From Bacilli bacterium (GTDB taxonomy: Bacteria > Bacillota_I > Bacilli_A > RF39 > UBA660): a stretch of 60,167 bases of DNA. This document shows positions 1-10,965 of this stretch, one piece after another; within the stretch, counting starts at the first letter, position 1, and every line of letters begins with the position of its first letter. A program made the position numbers and the translations under genes. Location of the stretch: NCBI GenBank assembly GCA_028706395.1, contig JAQWBL010000004.1:1-60167 (forward strand), read 5' to 3'. A model generated the notes under the pieces. It had not been told where the DNA came from, searched no databases, and was given only the letters and a program-made list of their open reading frames with translations.

Positions 1-1145
1 ACAAAATTTACTTTTGAATCTTTTCCCTTTTGATTTTCTAAAACTTTATCAGCAAGTGGTCGCATTTTAACAAACCATTGTTTTGATAAATATGGTTCAA
101 CAATTGCATCACTACGTTCAGAATGTCCGACTGAATGAACAATTGGTTCAATCTTAACAATTAGATCTTTATCTTGTAATTCTTTTACTACTTGTTCACG
201 GCATTCAAAACGATCCAACCCATTATAAATACCCGCATTTTCATTCATAGTTCCGTTTGGATCAATAACTCTAATACGTTCAAGATTATGACGATTTCCT
301 ACTTCAAAATCATTAGGATCATGAGCTGGGGTGATTTTAACAACACCAGTTCCAAACTCCGGATCAGCATGATCATCACCAACAATCGGTATTAATTTAT
401 TAACAATTGGTAAAATTACATTTCTTCCGATTAAATCGTTATATCGTTCATCGCGTGGATTAACAGCAACAGCTGTATCTCCAAATAAAGTTTCTGGTCG
501 TGTTGTAGCAATTTCTAAAAAATCATTGGTTCCTTCAATAAAATATTTTAAATGATAAAAAGAACTTTTTTCTTCCTTATAAATAACCTCTTCATTTGAT
601 AAAGCTGTCATTTGAACAGGATCCCAGTTAATAATTCTTTCACCACGATAGATTAAACCCTTATTATATAACTCAACAAAAACATGAGTTACAGCATCAC
701 TTAATCCATCATCTAGAGTAAATCTTTCTTTAGTGTAGTCTAAACTAAGTCCCATTTTTGACCATTGATCCCTTATGTTTTTAGCATATTCTTCTTTCCA
801 ATCCCAAGCATGTTTTAACCATTCTTCACGCTCTATAGAACGCGGATTTATTCCTTGTTCACGTAGTTTCGCATCAACCTTTGCCTGGGTAGCAATTCCG
901 GCGTGATCCATTCCTGGTAACCACAAAGCATCAAAACCATCCATTCGTTTATAACGAATAATAATGTCTTGAAGGGTTGTATCCCAAGCATGACCAAGAT
1001 GAAGTTTCCCAGTTACATTAGGTGGTGGAATAACTATACAAAACGGTTTTTTTGATAAGTCTCCAGACCAAAAATAACCTTTATTATTCCATTCTTCATA
1101 TTTTCCTTCTTCAACTTCTAAATGATTATATTTAGGCTTTAACAT
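1..1145 (-). CDS. valS: valyl-tRNA synthetase, N-terminal ~381 codons (gene runs off the left edge)
   Basis: The minus-strand frame is open to the window edge, so it is absent from the ORF track. From the ATG at 1145..1143 it reads [87 protein letters not shown]. Later blocks are [17 protein letters not shown] and [14 protein letters not shown]. These are the class I HIGH-type motif and typical ValRS blocks. Confidence 0.9.
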   Translation of the reverse strand, partial: MLKPKYNHLEVEEGKYEEWNNKGYFWSGDLSKKPFCIVIPPPNVTGKLHLGHAWDTTLQDIIIRYKRMDGFDALWLPGMDHAGIATQAKVDAKLREQGINPRSIEREEWLKHAWDWKEEYAKNIRDQWSKMGLSLDYTKERFTLDDGLSDAVTHVFVELYNKGLIYRGERIINWDPVQMTALSNEEVIYKEEKSSFYHLKYFIEGTNDFLEIATTRPETLFGDTAVAVNPRDERYNDLIGRNVILPIVNKLIPIVGDDHADPEFGTGVVKITPAHDPNDFEVGNRHNLERIRVIDPNGTMNENAGIYNGLDRFECREQVVKELQDKDLIVKIEPIVHSVGHSERSDAIVEPYLSKQWFVKMRPLADKVLENQKGKDSKVNF

Positions 1146-1878
1146 TTAATTCACCTTCCTTTATAAATTTTACCATATATTTATTTATTTCATCAAAATA
1201 CGGTTTAAATATTTCCTTATTATTAAGCAACTCATAATATTTTTCCATAATCTTATTATTTAATATATATTTAATAGTATATGGATAATTTATATCATAG
1301 ACAAACGATAAGTATGATATAACTCGATCATTATTATTCTTGATAGTGGCATTCTTTATTGTGCTTTTATTATTAAATTGATCAATTACTTCTTTACTTA
1401 TTTCATCATTTGTATCCTTAATCACAATTTCTTTTAGTATAGTAATAAGATACAAAATATCAATTTTATCGGCATCCCTTACAATACATGAATGCATTAA
1501 TTCTTTTTCAGTTAACCCCTCTGCAATCTCAAATTTGTTATGATTTTTAATTGCCGCCTTAATAATATTATCGTATGAATCAGTTTTAATATAATTTCTA
1601 ATTTCACCATTATCAAATAAAACATCAACAGAATAATTAGCATGATCAATTGATTTTGAATCATTATAAGTATTGTAAACCTTTAATTGTTCAAACCTAC
1701 CAAAATCATGAAGTAAACCAATTAATTCTGCAAGTCTCCTATCAGTTTCATCTAGTCCTAAACTTTTAGCAATATTAACGCTTTGTTCCATTACTCTAAA
1801 TGAATGCTCATATTTCAACTTAATGTTTTTGTTTTCTAAATTGTAATTACTAACATATTTTTTAAATTCTTCTATCAT
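1132..1878 (-). CDS. HD-domain metal-dependent phosphohydrolase
   Basis: The 248-aa ORF has HSFRV...[10 protein letters not shown] and a later [10 protein letters not shown], the H...HD...D pattern of the HD superfamily. Its stop overlaps the valS start by 14 nt, so the two are probably co-transcribed. Confidence 0.7.
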   Translation of the reverse strand: MIEEFKKYVSNYNLENKNIKLKYEHSFRVMEQSVNIAKSLGLDETDRRLAELIGLLHDFGRFEQLKVYNTYNDSKSIDHANYSVDVLFDNGEIRNYIKTDSYDNIIKAAIKNHNKFEIAEGLTEKELMHSCIVRDADKIDILYLITILKEIVIKDTNDEISKEVIDQFNNKSTIKNATIKNNNDRVISYLSFVYDINYPYTIKYILNNKIMEKYYELLNNKEIFKPYFDEINKYMVKFIKEGELNVKA

Positions 1879-1890
1879 AAATCCTCCTAT

Positions 1891-1920
1891 AAAAAAACGC
1901 CCTTATAAAACATAAGGACG
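1891..1920 (-). terminator. intrinsic terminator of the T-box leader
   Basis: Minus-strand RNA CGUCCUUA-UGUUUUA-UAAGGGCG followed by UUUUUUU. The 5' arm can alternatively pair with the T-box sequence to form the antiterminator. Confidence 0.7.
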
Positions 1921-2115
1921 TGATGACGTGGTACCACCTTAATTTATAGCAATCAAAAATTACTATATCTCAAATATTTAACGCATATATACGTAATATC
2001 CTAACTATTCAGATATTAATCTCCCTTGCGACTTTCAACATAACTTATTATTAGTTTCCACCAGCCACTAACTCTCTATAAACTCATTATATTTACTCCT
2101 CAAGTTCTTTGATTT
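1891..2115 (-). promoter_or_regulatory. T-box riboswitch leader, presumably Val-specific, upstream of the HD gene and valS
   Basis: The minus strand reads ...AGAGAGUUAGUGGCUGGUGGAAAC... (stem I elements). It then has AAGGUGGUACCACGUCA (plus 1924..1940), which matches the conserved T-box GGUGGUACCRCG. A terminator hairpin and U-run follow. Valine codons GUU and GUC both lie in AUGUUGAAAGUCGCAAG on the 3' side of stem I. The 5' limit is approximate. Confidence 0.75.
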
Positions 2116-2123
2116 CTTTTTTT

Positions 2124-2152
2124 ATTATATAATAACTAAATTATTTAATCAA
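2124..2152 (-). promoter_or_regulatory. sigmaA-like promoter for the T-box/HD/valS unit
   Basis: Minus strand TTGATT (2152..2147), exactly 17 nt of spacer, then TATAAT (2129..2124). It lies just upstream of the leader. Confidence 0.5.
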
Positions 2153-2162
2153 TGCTTTTTTA

Positions 2163-3266
2163 TTATTTACCTAAATATGTAATTCGTGCATATCCATCAC
2201 CCATATGACCAACTCCAAGATCATATAGTGTTCCATCAGGACTTGGCATCTTAATTTGTTCAGTTTTAACATCTGTCCATTTATAACCATTTCCATCTAT
2301 CATTATTGGTGAATTAAATATTTTCCCGGAATAGTGATTAGGTTGATTAGTGTGAACTCTTGAAGCATCAATAGCATTACAACCATTGTGTCCAGAAATA
2401 AAAGATGAACCACCAGCGCCTGATGAAACACCGCCTGAGATATATCCACTTCCGCCACCACCGTAGTAGCCACCGCCACCACCAGCGCCATGGGTTTCAG
2501 AACTATTTCCACCTTTTCCAAAAATACCAGCTTCACCGACACCTTCACTACCGCCACCAGTACCTCCAGAAGTATTTGTTCCACCAGTTGCTAATGGATG
2601 TGCAACCGAACCTTCATTCAATTTTCCATCTTCTCCAATAAGTCCTCCGCCAGCACCACCAACTTTAGTATTGTGCCAATTCGAAGCTCCACCACCACCA
2701 GCAGATACTAAAATTCGGCTATTAAGACTTGCTTCATCATTCCATAATCCACTAACTAAACGAACATCAGTAGCACCACCACCGGCACCGGCTGTTTGTT
2801 CTGTTAATCTTCCAGTAAAGGCATCACCACCACCGTTATATCCACCCAATGGCTTAGTTTGGACTAATTCTCCACCATTATCTCCTTTACCTCCAACATA
2901 AATAAACAAAGATTCATTACTATTTAATTTAATGACACCACTATTATATGCTCCAGCACCACCAAAAACATCATCCCCAGTTGTATCTAAATTGGTTTTA
3001 GTGTTTCCTCCACTAGCACCCCATAATTCAATTTTATAATTACCATCATACTCAGCAACAAATTCTTGAGGAGTACCTGTATAATCAAAGAAATAAACAA
3101 TGTTTTCCATATTATTTAACCTGGTGTATACATCCTTTTTCATTTTATCAAGTAACACTTTACGAGTTGACATCATGCTTAAAATTCCTGTTAATAGCAC
3201 CAAAAACATTAACAGTGCTGTATAAAGAATACCTGTTACCGCAAATCCTTTATTATTTAACTTCAT
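2163..3266 (-). CDS. membrane-anchored glycine-rich repeat protein (Gly_rich / ALK-LTK glycine-rich-domain-like)
   Basis: 367 aa. The N-terminus is MKLNNKGFAVTGILYTALLMFLVLLTGIL, a hydrophobic anchor that looks prepilin-like. Ordered G-rich blocks follow: ELWGASGG, GGAGAYNSG, LFIYVGGKG, GGYNGGGDA, AGGGATDVRL, ILVSAGGGG, GGAGGG, GAGGGGGYYGGGGSG, GAGGSSFISG. Confidence 0.7.
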   Translation of the reverse strand: MKLNNKGFAVTGILYTALLMFLVLLTGILSMMSTRKVLLDKMKKDVYTRLNNMENIVYFFDYTGTPQEFVAEYDGNYKIELWGASGGNTKTNLDTTGDDVFGGAGAYNSGVIKLNSNESLFIYVGGKGDNGGELVQTKPLGGYNGGGDAFTGRLTEQTAGAGGGATDVRLVSGLWNDEASLNSRILVSAGGGGASNWHNTKVGGAGGGLIGEDGKLNEGSVAHPLATGGTNTSGGTGGGSEGVGEAGIFGKGGNSSETHGAGGGGGYYGGGGSGYISGGVSSGAGGSSFISGHNGCNAIDASRVHTNQPNHYSGKIFNSPIMIDGNGYKWTDVKTEQIKMPSPDGTLYDLGVGHMGDGYARITYLGK

Positions 3267-3282
3267 AAAATCATCTCCTATT

Positions 3283-4521
3283 TTAATAAGTAATTACTTC
3301 TAAACTTGGTTTTTCTTGTAATCTATCTTTTTGACCATCAGGTAAAACAATTGTTTCTTTGTCACCGTCAGAAATATAACGAGTTTTTTCCAATATTTTA
3401 AAATTATGTTCAATATCAAACTCAGTACCTAAATTATCATATGCTCTTATTCTTTTTAAAAAAGTTCTATCAAAATTTTTATTAAAAGGTGAACTTTCAC
3501 TTTCCCAACCAACTCTTAAAGTTGCAATTGTTTTATATCCTTTACCTTCATAAGTTCCTTTTAATACATATTGAAAGTTGGGATGACTCGCTTCATAAGG
3601 AGATCCAAACGGAAGGGCAACTATTTTGACATACTTATCACTTATGTTAGTTTCAAGCAGATTATATAACCGACCAATTTCCTTTTGAGTATCAGAATTA
3701 TCAATACTAGTTAAATTCGAATGTCCATAGCTGTGATTGCCAATATCATAACCATTATCAATTAACCATTTAAGTATTTTTTCATTGTATTCTGGTTGTT
3801 CAAACAATCTACCATTTAGAAAAAAAGTGGCTGTAACATTAAAATCTGGATATTTTTTTTTAAAACCTTCTAAAACTCCAACGGCACTATTAGGATCAAT
3901 AATAATATTTCCCTTTTCATCTAATCCAGTAACCCTTATATTATTTTTAAGACCATCATCAAACGTTAATATAATTGGACTTTTACCTACCTCTACATCT
4001 ATTATACCATTAACATAATCATTTAATCTAATCATTCGATAATCTTTTTGATAGTAAAACTCCAAATCACTTTTAAAGGCTTCTAGAGTTCTTTGGTAAC
4101 CATCTTTGTCGACATTTCCTCCAGTATAAGCAGTATCAGCATTTTTTAAATTTTGGATTCCATGATACATCATTATGGGAACGTTCCCTACTTCATTAAC
4201 CCTATACTTTTCATAAAATACTTTGTCCTTTTTACCCAATGATACTATTATAATTAATTTTTGATTTTTTTCTAAAATACTCCCAGGTAAAATATTTTGA
4301 CTAATAACTTTATCTTTACTAATTTCTTTATGATACTCTTTTTTTATTTCAAGTATTAACTTTTTATCTTCAACATATTTTTTTATTTCAGAAATTGATT
4401 TATCTTTCAAATCAATCATTTTGCTATCTTTATTTATAATCCAAAAAACGCTTATTAAAATAATAAATATAATAAGTATTAGTAATCCCACAATCCATTT
4501 TTTATTTTTTCTTATCTCCAT
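3283..4521 (-). CDS. membrane-anchored polysaccharide deacetylase (NodB homology domain)
   Basis: 412 aa. It has an N-terminal TM segment (WIVGLLILIIFIILISVFWII) and a possible PASTA-like module (ISQNILPGSILEKNQKLIIIVSLG). NodB motifs are ILTFDDG and GNHSYGH. Confidence 0.75.
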   Translation of the reverse strand: MEIRKNKKWIVGLLILIIFIILISVFWIINKDSKMIDLKDKSISEIKKYVEDKKLILEIKKEYHKEISKDKVISQNILPGSILEKNQKLIIIVSLGKKDKVFYEKYRVNEVGNVPIMMYHGIQNLKNADTAYTGGNVDKDGYQRTLEAFKSDLEFYYQKDYRMIRLNDYVNGIIDVEVGKSPIILTFDDGLKNNIRVTGLDEKGNIIIDPNSAVGVLEGFKKKYPDFNVTATFFLNGRLFEQPEYNEKILKWLIDNGYDIGNHSYGHSNLTSIDNSDTQKEIGRLYNLLETNISDKYVKIVALPFGSPYEASHPNFQYVLKGTYEGKGYKTIATLRVGWESESSPFNKNFDRTFLKRIRAYDNLGTEFDIEHNFKILEKTRYISDGDKETIVLPDGQKDRLQEKPSLEVITY

Positions 4522-4671
4522 GTAATCACCACTACTATCTATATATTAGAATATCATTTTTCTGTGTCTTTTACAACTTATATATATTTAAAAACCTATA
4601 TCTTTCGATATAAGTTTACAAGTTACCTATTCATAATCTATTCCCTTGAATAAATTATAGTAGGTGATTAT

Positions 4672-4818
4672 ATGTCAATTAATCTAATAAAATTAATAAC
4701 AGGAGTTCTTATCTTTTTATTAATTATAATTATTATTAAAAATCTTTTCAAACTAATTATAATAGCAGCAATTATTTTTTTAATTTTTCACTTTCTTAGA
4801 ATAATAAGGGGTAACTAA
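4672..4818 (+). CDS. possible 48-aa hydrophobic micro-protein
   Basis: AGGTGA RBS 4 nt before the ATG. It reads MSINLIKLITGVLIFLLIIIIIKNLFKLIIIAAIIFLIFHFLRIIRGN. It overlaps the convergent 3' end of the ysxE-like gene by 39 nt. T-rich DNA readily produces such ORFs by chance. Confidence 0.25.
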   Translation: MSINLIKLITGVLIFLLIIIIIKNLFKLIIIAAIIFLIFHFLRIIRGN

Positions 4819-5679
4819 AAAATCGGTTTTATATAGAAAATCCATTTTTTTACTAACTTCCCGACACATATCATATTCACTACCACTAAATTCTATTTTA
4901 TCTGGTAATGAAATTAAAATAAACAATAGTTTTCGTTCCTCTTCCAATAAAGGATAACCCTTTTCATATTGCTTAAGAATCTCTGAAAACTCATATTCAA
5001 GGCTATGTTTCCGATATAATTTATATATATCAAAAATAGGTATACCTTCTTTAGCTTTGCTCCAACTAATTAAATACGAATTTTTATTTTTAATAAAATG
5101 ATCTAGTTCTAAATGATTATGGAGAATAACAAATCGTTGTTTTCTTTTTTCCTTGATTAATTTATACCATTCTTCTATTTCCTGCTTACAAAAACTGAGT
5201 GCTGAATAAATTTTAGAAATATTTCTAATAAGTGTATATTCAGAAGGGCTCATATATACTTTTGTTTCAATATGAGTTGCCATATCATTATAATAACCAT
5301 ATAAATATTCAATATTATTAGTAACATCTTCATACATTTTCTTGTAATCTGATTCATCTACTTCTTTGTAATAAGTCGTTTTACTATGAAGAAGACTAAC
5401 CAAATTTATCATATCAATCATTTTTTGATCAAGCGGCATTTCAACTTCTTCTTGGTATTCCATTATTTCATAATCATCATCTTTAGAACTAATAATGTTG
5501 GGATAATAATTAAAACTTCTAGAATCTAAATAATGATAAATGTCACTATTTTCATCTCGAAGTTTAGGTTTTAAAACATATTTACCTTCTTCGGTTTCAA
5601 TTATTACAGCTTTGCCAACAAAACGGTATCTATTTGCTTTTAAATTATATCTTTCTAGTACATTATTGATTTTTTTCAT
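4780..5679 (-). CDS. ysxE: YsxE/CotS-family spore-coat kinase-like protein
   Basis: 299 aa with a degenerate kinase-like block FVILHNHLELDHFI (CotS family has HGDLxxxN). It overlaps the upstream spoVID-like gene by 17 nt. The spoVID-ysxE-valS order matches Bacillus subtilis. Confidence 0.5.
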   Translation of the reverse strand: MKKINNVLERYNLKANRYRFVGKAVIIETEEGKYVLKPKLRDENSDIYHYLDSRSFNYYPNIISSKDDDYEIMEYQEEVEMPLDQKMIDMINLVSLLHSKTTYYKEVDESDYKKMYEDVTNNIEYLYGYYNDMATHIETKVYMSPSEYTLIRNISKIYSALSFCKQEIEEWYKLIKEKRKQRFVILHNHLELDHFIKNKNSYLISWSKAKEGIPIFDIYKLYRKHSLEYEFSEILKQYEKGYPLLEEERKLLFILISLPDKIEFSGSEYDMCREVSKKMDFLYKTDFLVTPYYSKKVKN

Positions 5680-6397
5680 TTGATACTGATGGAATAATTA
5701 GCTTATCACCGACACTTATTTCGTTAATATTATTGTAGAGTCCTAATTCTTCTTTACTAATTCCATAATTTTGAATTAGTAACTCCAAAGTATCCCCTTC
5801 TCTAACAATATAAATTTTGTAAGTTGTATAAGTTTCACTACTACTATCAAAATTATCAAATAATGAATTGGTTATCTCTTCATTTCTATTACTAACCATC
5901 GAAGTTTCCTCTTCCCTCTCCTTTGTTTCTCTCTTTTCTTCTCTTAATGCTTCAACATATGGCTCTTCAACTTCTAAAACCGGTTCTTCTACATCATAAA
6001 TCTGGTTAATTTTTGGTTCTTCTGTAATGGTTTCCTCTATTAACGGTTCTTCTATTAATGGTTTTTCTTCTAATTGATCAATTAAAACTTCGATATTAAT
6101 CGATAATATATTATTATTAATTATTTCATAATAGAAATCATATATATCAACAACGACATTATCAATTATATATCTTTCATCAATACTAACTTCAAATGGT
6201 ATATTAAAAGAAAAGGATTCAACATTAACACTAGTATCAACCATTTTATAGTCACCACTAATAATAAATTCTCCAGTTACCATATTATCTTTATCAACTT
6301 GTAATGTATGCTCAAGTGAAATACTTGTTATTTCTGATAAATTGGTTTTAAAAATAATCTCTTTTTTAAATGGAATTATTTTATTCAAAAACATCAC
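5663..6397 (-). CDS. spoVID: stage VI sporulation protein D-like (SPOCS/DUF3794-type N-domain, acidic linker, C-terminal LysM)
   Basis: The N-terminal pattern is ITSISLEHTLQVDKDNMVTGEFIISGDY...FNIPFEVSID...DIYDFYYEI...LSINIEVLID. An E/P-rich acidic linker follows. The C-terminal LysM is YKIYIVREGDTLELLIQNYGISKEELGLYNNINEISVGDKLIIP. Synteny with ysxE supports the call. Confidence 0.55.
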   Translation of the reverse strand: MMFLNKIIPFKKEIIFKTNLSEITSISLEHTLQVDKDNMVTGEFIISGDYKMVDTSVNVESFSFNIPFEVSIDERYIIDNVVVDIYDFYYEIINNNILSINIEVLIDQLEEKPLIEEPLIEETITEEPKINQIYDVEEPVLEVEEPYVEALREEKRETKEREEETSMVSNRNEEITNSLFDNFDSSSETYTTYKIYIVREGDTLELLIQNYGISKEELGLYNNINEISVGDKLIIPSVSNEKNQ

Positions 6398-6441
6398 CCT
6401 CTCTGTTTCATTTAATTATATGAAGACATTTCTTAAATATG

Positions 6442-6469
6442 AAAAAAAGTAAAGTTTTTATACTTTACT
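6442..6469 (-). terminator. intrinsic terminator after lonA
   Basis: 8-bp stem AGTAAAGT/ACTTTACT (6448..6455 and 6462..6469) with a 6-nt loop that contains the lon stop codon. A U-run follows on the minus strand (plus A-run 6442..6447). Confidence 0.55.
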
Positions 6470-8797
6470 TAATACTTTTTCTTCATTAATAATATTCATT
6501 ACTTCTTTATAGTTTTTAACAGCAATATAATCTATATTATCTTTTATTTCTTTTGGTATCTCATCTAAATCATTTAAATTACCATAAGGAATAATAATTT
6601 TCTTAATTCCATTACGACTTGCTCCAATACTTTTTTCCTTTAAACCACCAATTGGTAAAATATTACCTCTTAGAGTTATTTCCCCAGTCATAGCTAGATT
6701 AGCAGGAATTTTCTTACTCGTAAAAGCACTTATTAAAGCCGTTGTTAAAGTTATTCCCGCGCTTGGACCATCTTTAGGAATTGCCCCCTCGGGAACGTGA
6801 ATATGAATATCATTTTTAGTCAGTTTTTCATAATCAATTCCAAATTGCTTATAATTTGATTTAATATAACTAAGAGCAATATGAGCACTTTCCTTCATAA
6901 CATCTCCAAGTGAACCAGTAAGGAATAAATTACCAGATCCCTTAAAATAATTTACCTCAATTGGTAAAGTGTCACCACCAAAACTAGTATACGCTAGTCC
7001 GTTAACAACACCAACCTTTGATAATTTATTTATTTCATTAAAATTATATTTAACTTTACCCAAAAACTTAGTTACTAATTTCACAGTAATGCGATATTTT
7101 TCATAATTAACTTTATCCATAACAATATCAGCAACTATTTTTCTAATAATATTTGATAACTGGCGCTCTAACTCACGAACACCTGCTTCTCTAGTATATC
7201 CTCTAATTATATATAACAAGATTTCATCACTAAAATATATTTTTGAACAATCAATACCATGATTTTTACAAATCTTACCAATTAGGTGTCGTTTAGCAAT
7301 ATCTAATTTTTCGTATTCAGTATATCCTGATAAATTAACAATTTCTAAACGATCCTTTAAAGCTTCTGGAATATCTTCGATATAATTAGCGGTTGCAATA
7401 AACATTACATTAGATAAATCGTATTCTTCTTCAATATAATTATCACTAAAGAACTGATTTTGTTCTGGATCCAAAACCTCTAATAAACTACTAGCTGGAT
7501 CACCTCGAAAGTCTTTAGTCATTTTATCAATTTCATCAATCAAGAAAACTGGATTAGTACTTTTAGCTTTTTTAAGTGATTGAATAATCCTACCTGGACT
7601 CGCACCAATATAAGCACGACGATGTCCGATTATTTCAGCTTCATCATGAATCCCACCAACCGACATCTTAACAAAATTACGATTAATAGCTGAGGCGATA
7701 CTAAATGCTAAACTAGTTTTACCAACTCCTGGTGGACCAACTAAACAAATAATTGGACTTTTTAAACTATTAGTCATTTGCTTAATAGCTAAATATTCAA
7801 TAATACGAACTTTAACTTTTTCAAGTCCGTAATGCGAAATATCGAGTTTTTTACGGACATCATTTAAATCTTCATTATCTTTAGTTGTTTCACTCCAAGG
7901 CAAACTAAGTAACCAGTCAATATAATTTCTTACAATATTCGCCTCAGGCGATGTTTGTGAAAGACCTTCATATCTTTTAATTTCACTAGCTAATCGTTCC
8001 TTTATATGTTTTGGAGCTACCAACGATTCGATTTTTTCTTTTAACTTATCGATTTCTTCATCCTTAGATGAAATATCACCAAGTTCTTCTTTAATAGCTT
8101 TAATTTTTTCTCTTAATAAATATTCTTTTTGATTGTTATCTATTTCGTGTTTAACTTTTTGATCAATTGATTTTTCAATATCATATATTTTTTTACCATC
8201 ATTAATATCGGTTAAAATCATTTTAGCGCGGTTTTTAACATCATTGCTATATAGATATTGTTGAATTCTCTCTAACTTTGTTGGTAAGAAAGATGCCAAC
8301 ACATCAGTCATTTCAGACAAACTGTTAATATTTTCAATAATACCTAAAATATTATTACTTATATATGGAATACCTTTAATATATTCTTCAACTTCACGAT
8401 ATAGTTTATTAGTTAAAATTGCCTCTTCGCTTTTATCAATCACAGTATCTAAAAGTTCTACAACAATAGCTTCTAAAATATCTGAACCTTTTTCTAAATT
8501 TAAATATTCAAGGACTTTCCCACGGCGACTACCTTTTATAACAACCCTAACATTGCCATTTGGTAGCTCTATTTTATGAATTATTTTAGCAATAACCCCA
8601 ATTCGTGGTAGATCACTTATTTTGGGAAATTCTTCCAATAAGTTTTCCTGACTTACGACTAGGACATTATTATCATGAAATAATTCTGATACATCTATAA
8701 CACTTTTACTTACCGTATTATCAAATTCTAACCGAATCTCATTATTCGGTAATAAGACAATACCTTTAAGTAGTACTACTGGTAAATTCATTTTCAC
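6458..8797 (-). CDS. lonA: ATP-dependent Lon protease
   Basis: 779 aa. Walker A is GPPGVGKTS and Walker B is FLIDEIDK. The C-terminal protease block is PKDGPSAGITLTTAL, with the catalytic Ser in DGPSAG. The start is GTG at 8797, or ATG at 8791, after a GGGAGGTG RBS. Confidence 0.95.
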   Translation of the reverse strand: MKMNLPVVLLKGIVLLPNNEIRLEFDNTVSKSVIDVSELFHDNNVLVVSQENLLEEFPKISDLPRIGVIAKIIHKIELPNGNVRVVIKGSRRGKVLEYLNLEKGSDILEAIVVELLDTVIDKSEEAILTNKLYREVEEYIKGIPYISNNILGIIENINSLSEMTDVLASFLPTKLERIQQYLYSNDVKNRAKMILTDINDGKKIYDIEKSIDQKVKHEIDNNQKEYLLREKIKAIKEELGDISSKDEEIDKLKEKIESLVAPKHIKERLASEIKRYEGLSQTSPEANIVRNYIDWLLSLPWSETTKDNEDLNDVRKKLDISHYGLEKVKVRIIEYLAIKQMTNSLKSPIICLVGPPGVGKTSLAFSIASAINRNFVKMSVGGIHDEAEIIGHRRAYIGASPGRIIQSLKKAKSTNPVFLIDEIDKMTKDFRGDPASSLLEVLDPEQNQFFSDNYIEEEYDLSNVMFIATANYIEDIPEALKDRLEIVNLSGYTEYEKLDIAKRHLIGKICKNHGIDCSKIYFSDEILLYIIRGYTREAGVRELERQLSNIIRKIVADIVMDKVNYEKYRITVKLVTKFLGKVKYNFNEINKLSKVGVVNGLAYTSFGGDTLPIEVNYFKGSGNLFLTGSLGDVMKESAHIALSYIKSNYKQFGIDYEKLTKNDIHIHVPEGAIPKDGPSAGITLTTALISAFTSKKIPANLAMTGEITLRGNILPIGGLKEKSIGASRNGIKKIIIPYGNLNDLDEIPKEIKDNIDYIAVKNYKEVMNIINEEKVLSKV

Positions 8798-8838
8798 TTA
8801 TAATACACCTCCCGGTAAATTGGTGTTTATTATAATAT

Positions 8839-8875
8839 AAAAGATGATAAAAGTCTACCTTAATTATCATCTTTT
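8839..8875 (-). terminator. possible terminator after ligA
   Basis: 12-bp arms AAAAGATGATAA/TTATCATCTTTT with a 13-nt loop. On the minus strand the 3' arm ends in UUUU. Confidence 0.35.
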
Positions 8876-8917
8876 TATAGTTCATTTCTTGTAACTAAAG
8901 TAGTAAAAAATGCTTTA

Positions 8918-10924
<2,007 letters not shown>

Positions 10925-10965
10925 TCACAGCCACTTTTTTATATAAAGAAAATAGATAAATATTT

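Noticed and set aside
192-395. A 67-aa plus-strand ORF at the left edge.
   Set aside because: It lies antisense within the clearly recognisable valS coding region. It has no RBS and its composition is typical of antisense AT-rich noise.
2303-2901. Three extra ORFs inside or antisense to the glycine-rich gene: 2303..2584 (-), 2405..2641 (+) and 2671..2901 (+).
   Set aside because: They are alternative-frame or antisense readings of GGN-rich repeats, giving H/Q/R-rich or P-rich low-complexity products. They have no RBS and are fully contained in a better-supported gene.
8798-8838. A heat-shock operator (CIRCE TTAGCACTC-N9-GAGTGCTAA or a CtsR direct repeat) upstream of lonA.
   Set aside because: Neither the inverted repeat nor the GGTCAAA-type repeat is present in the short leader.
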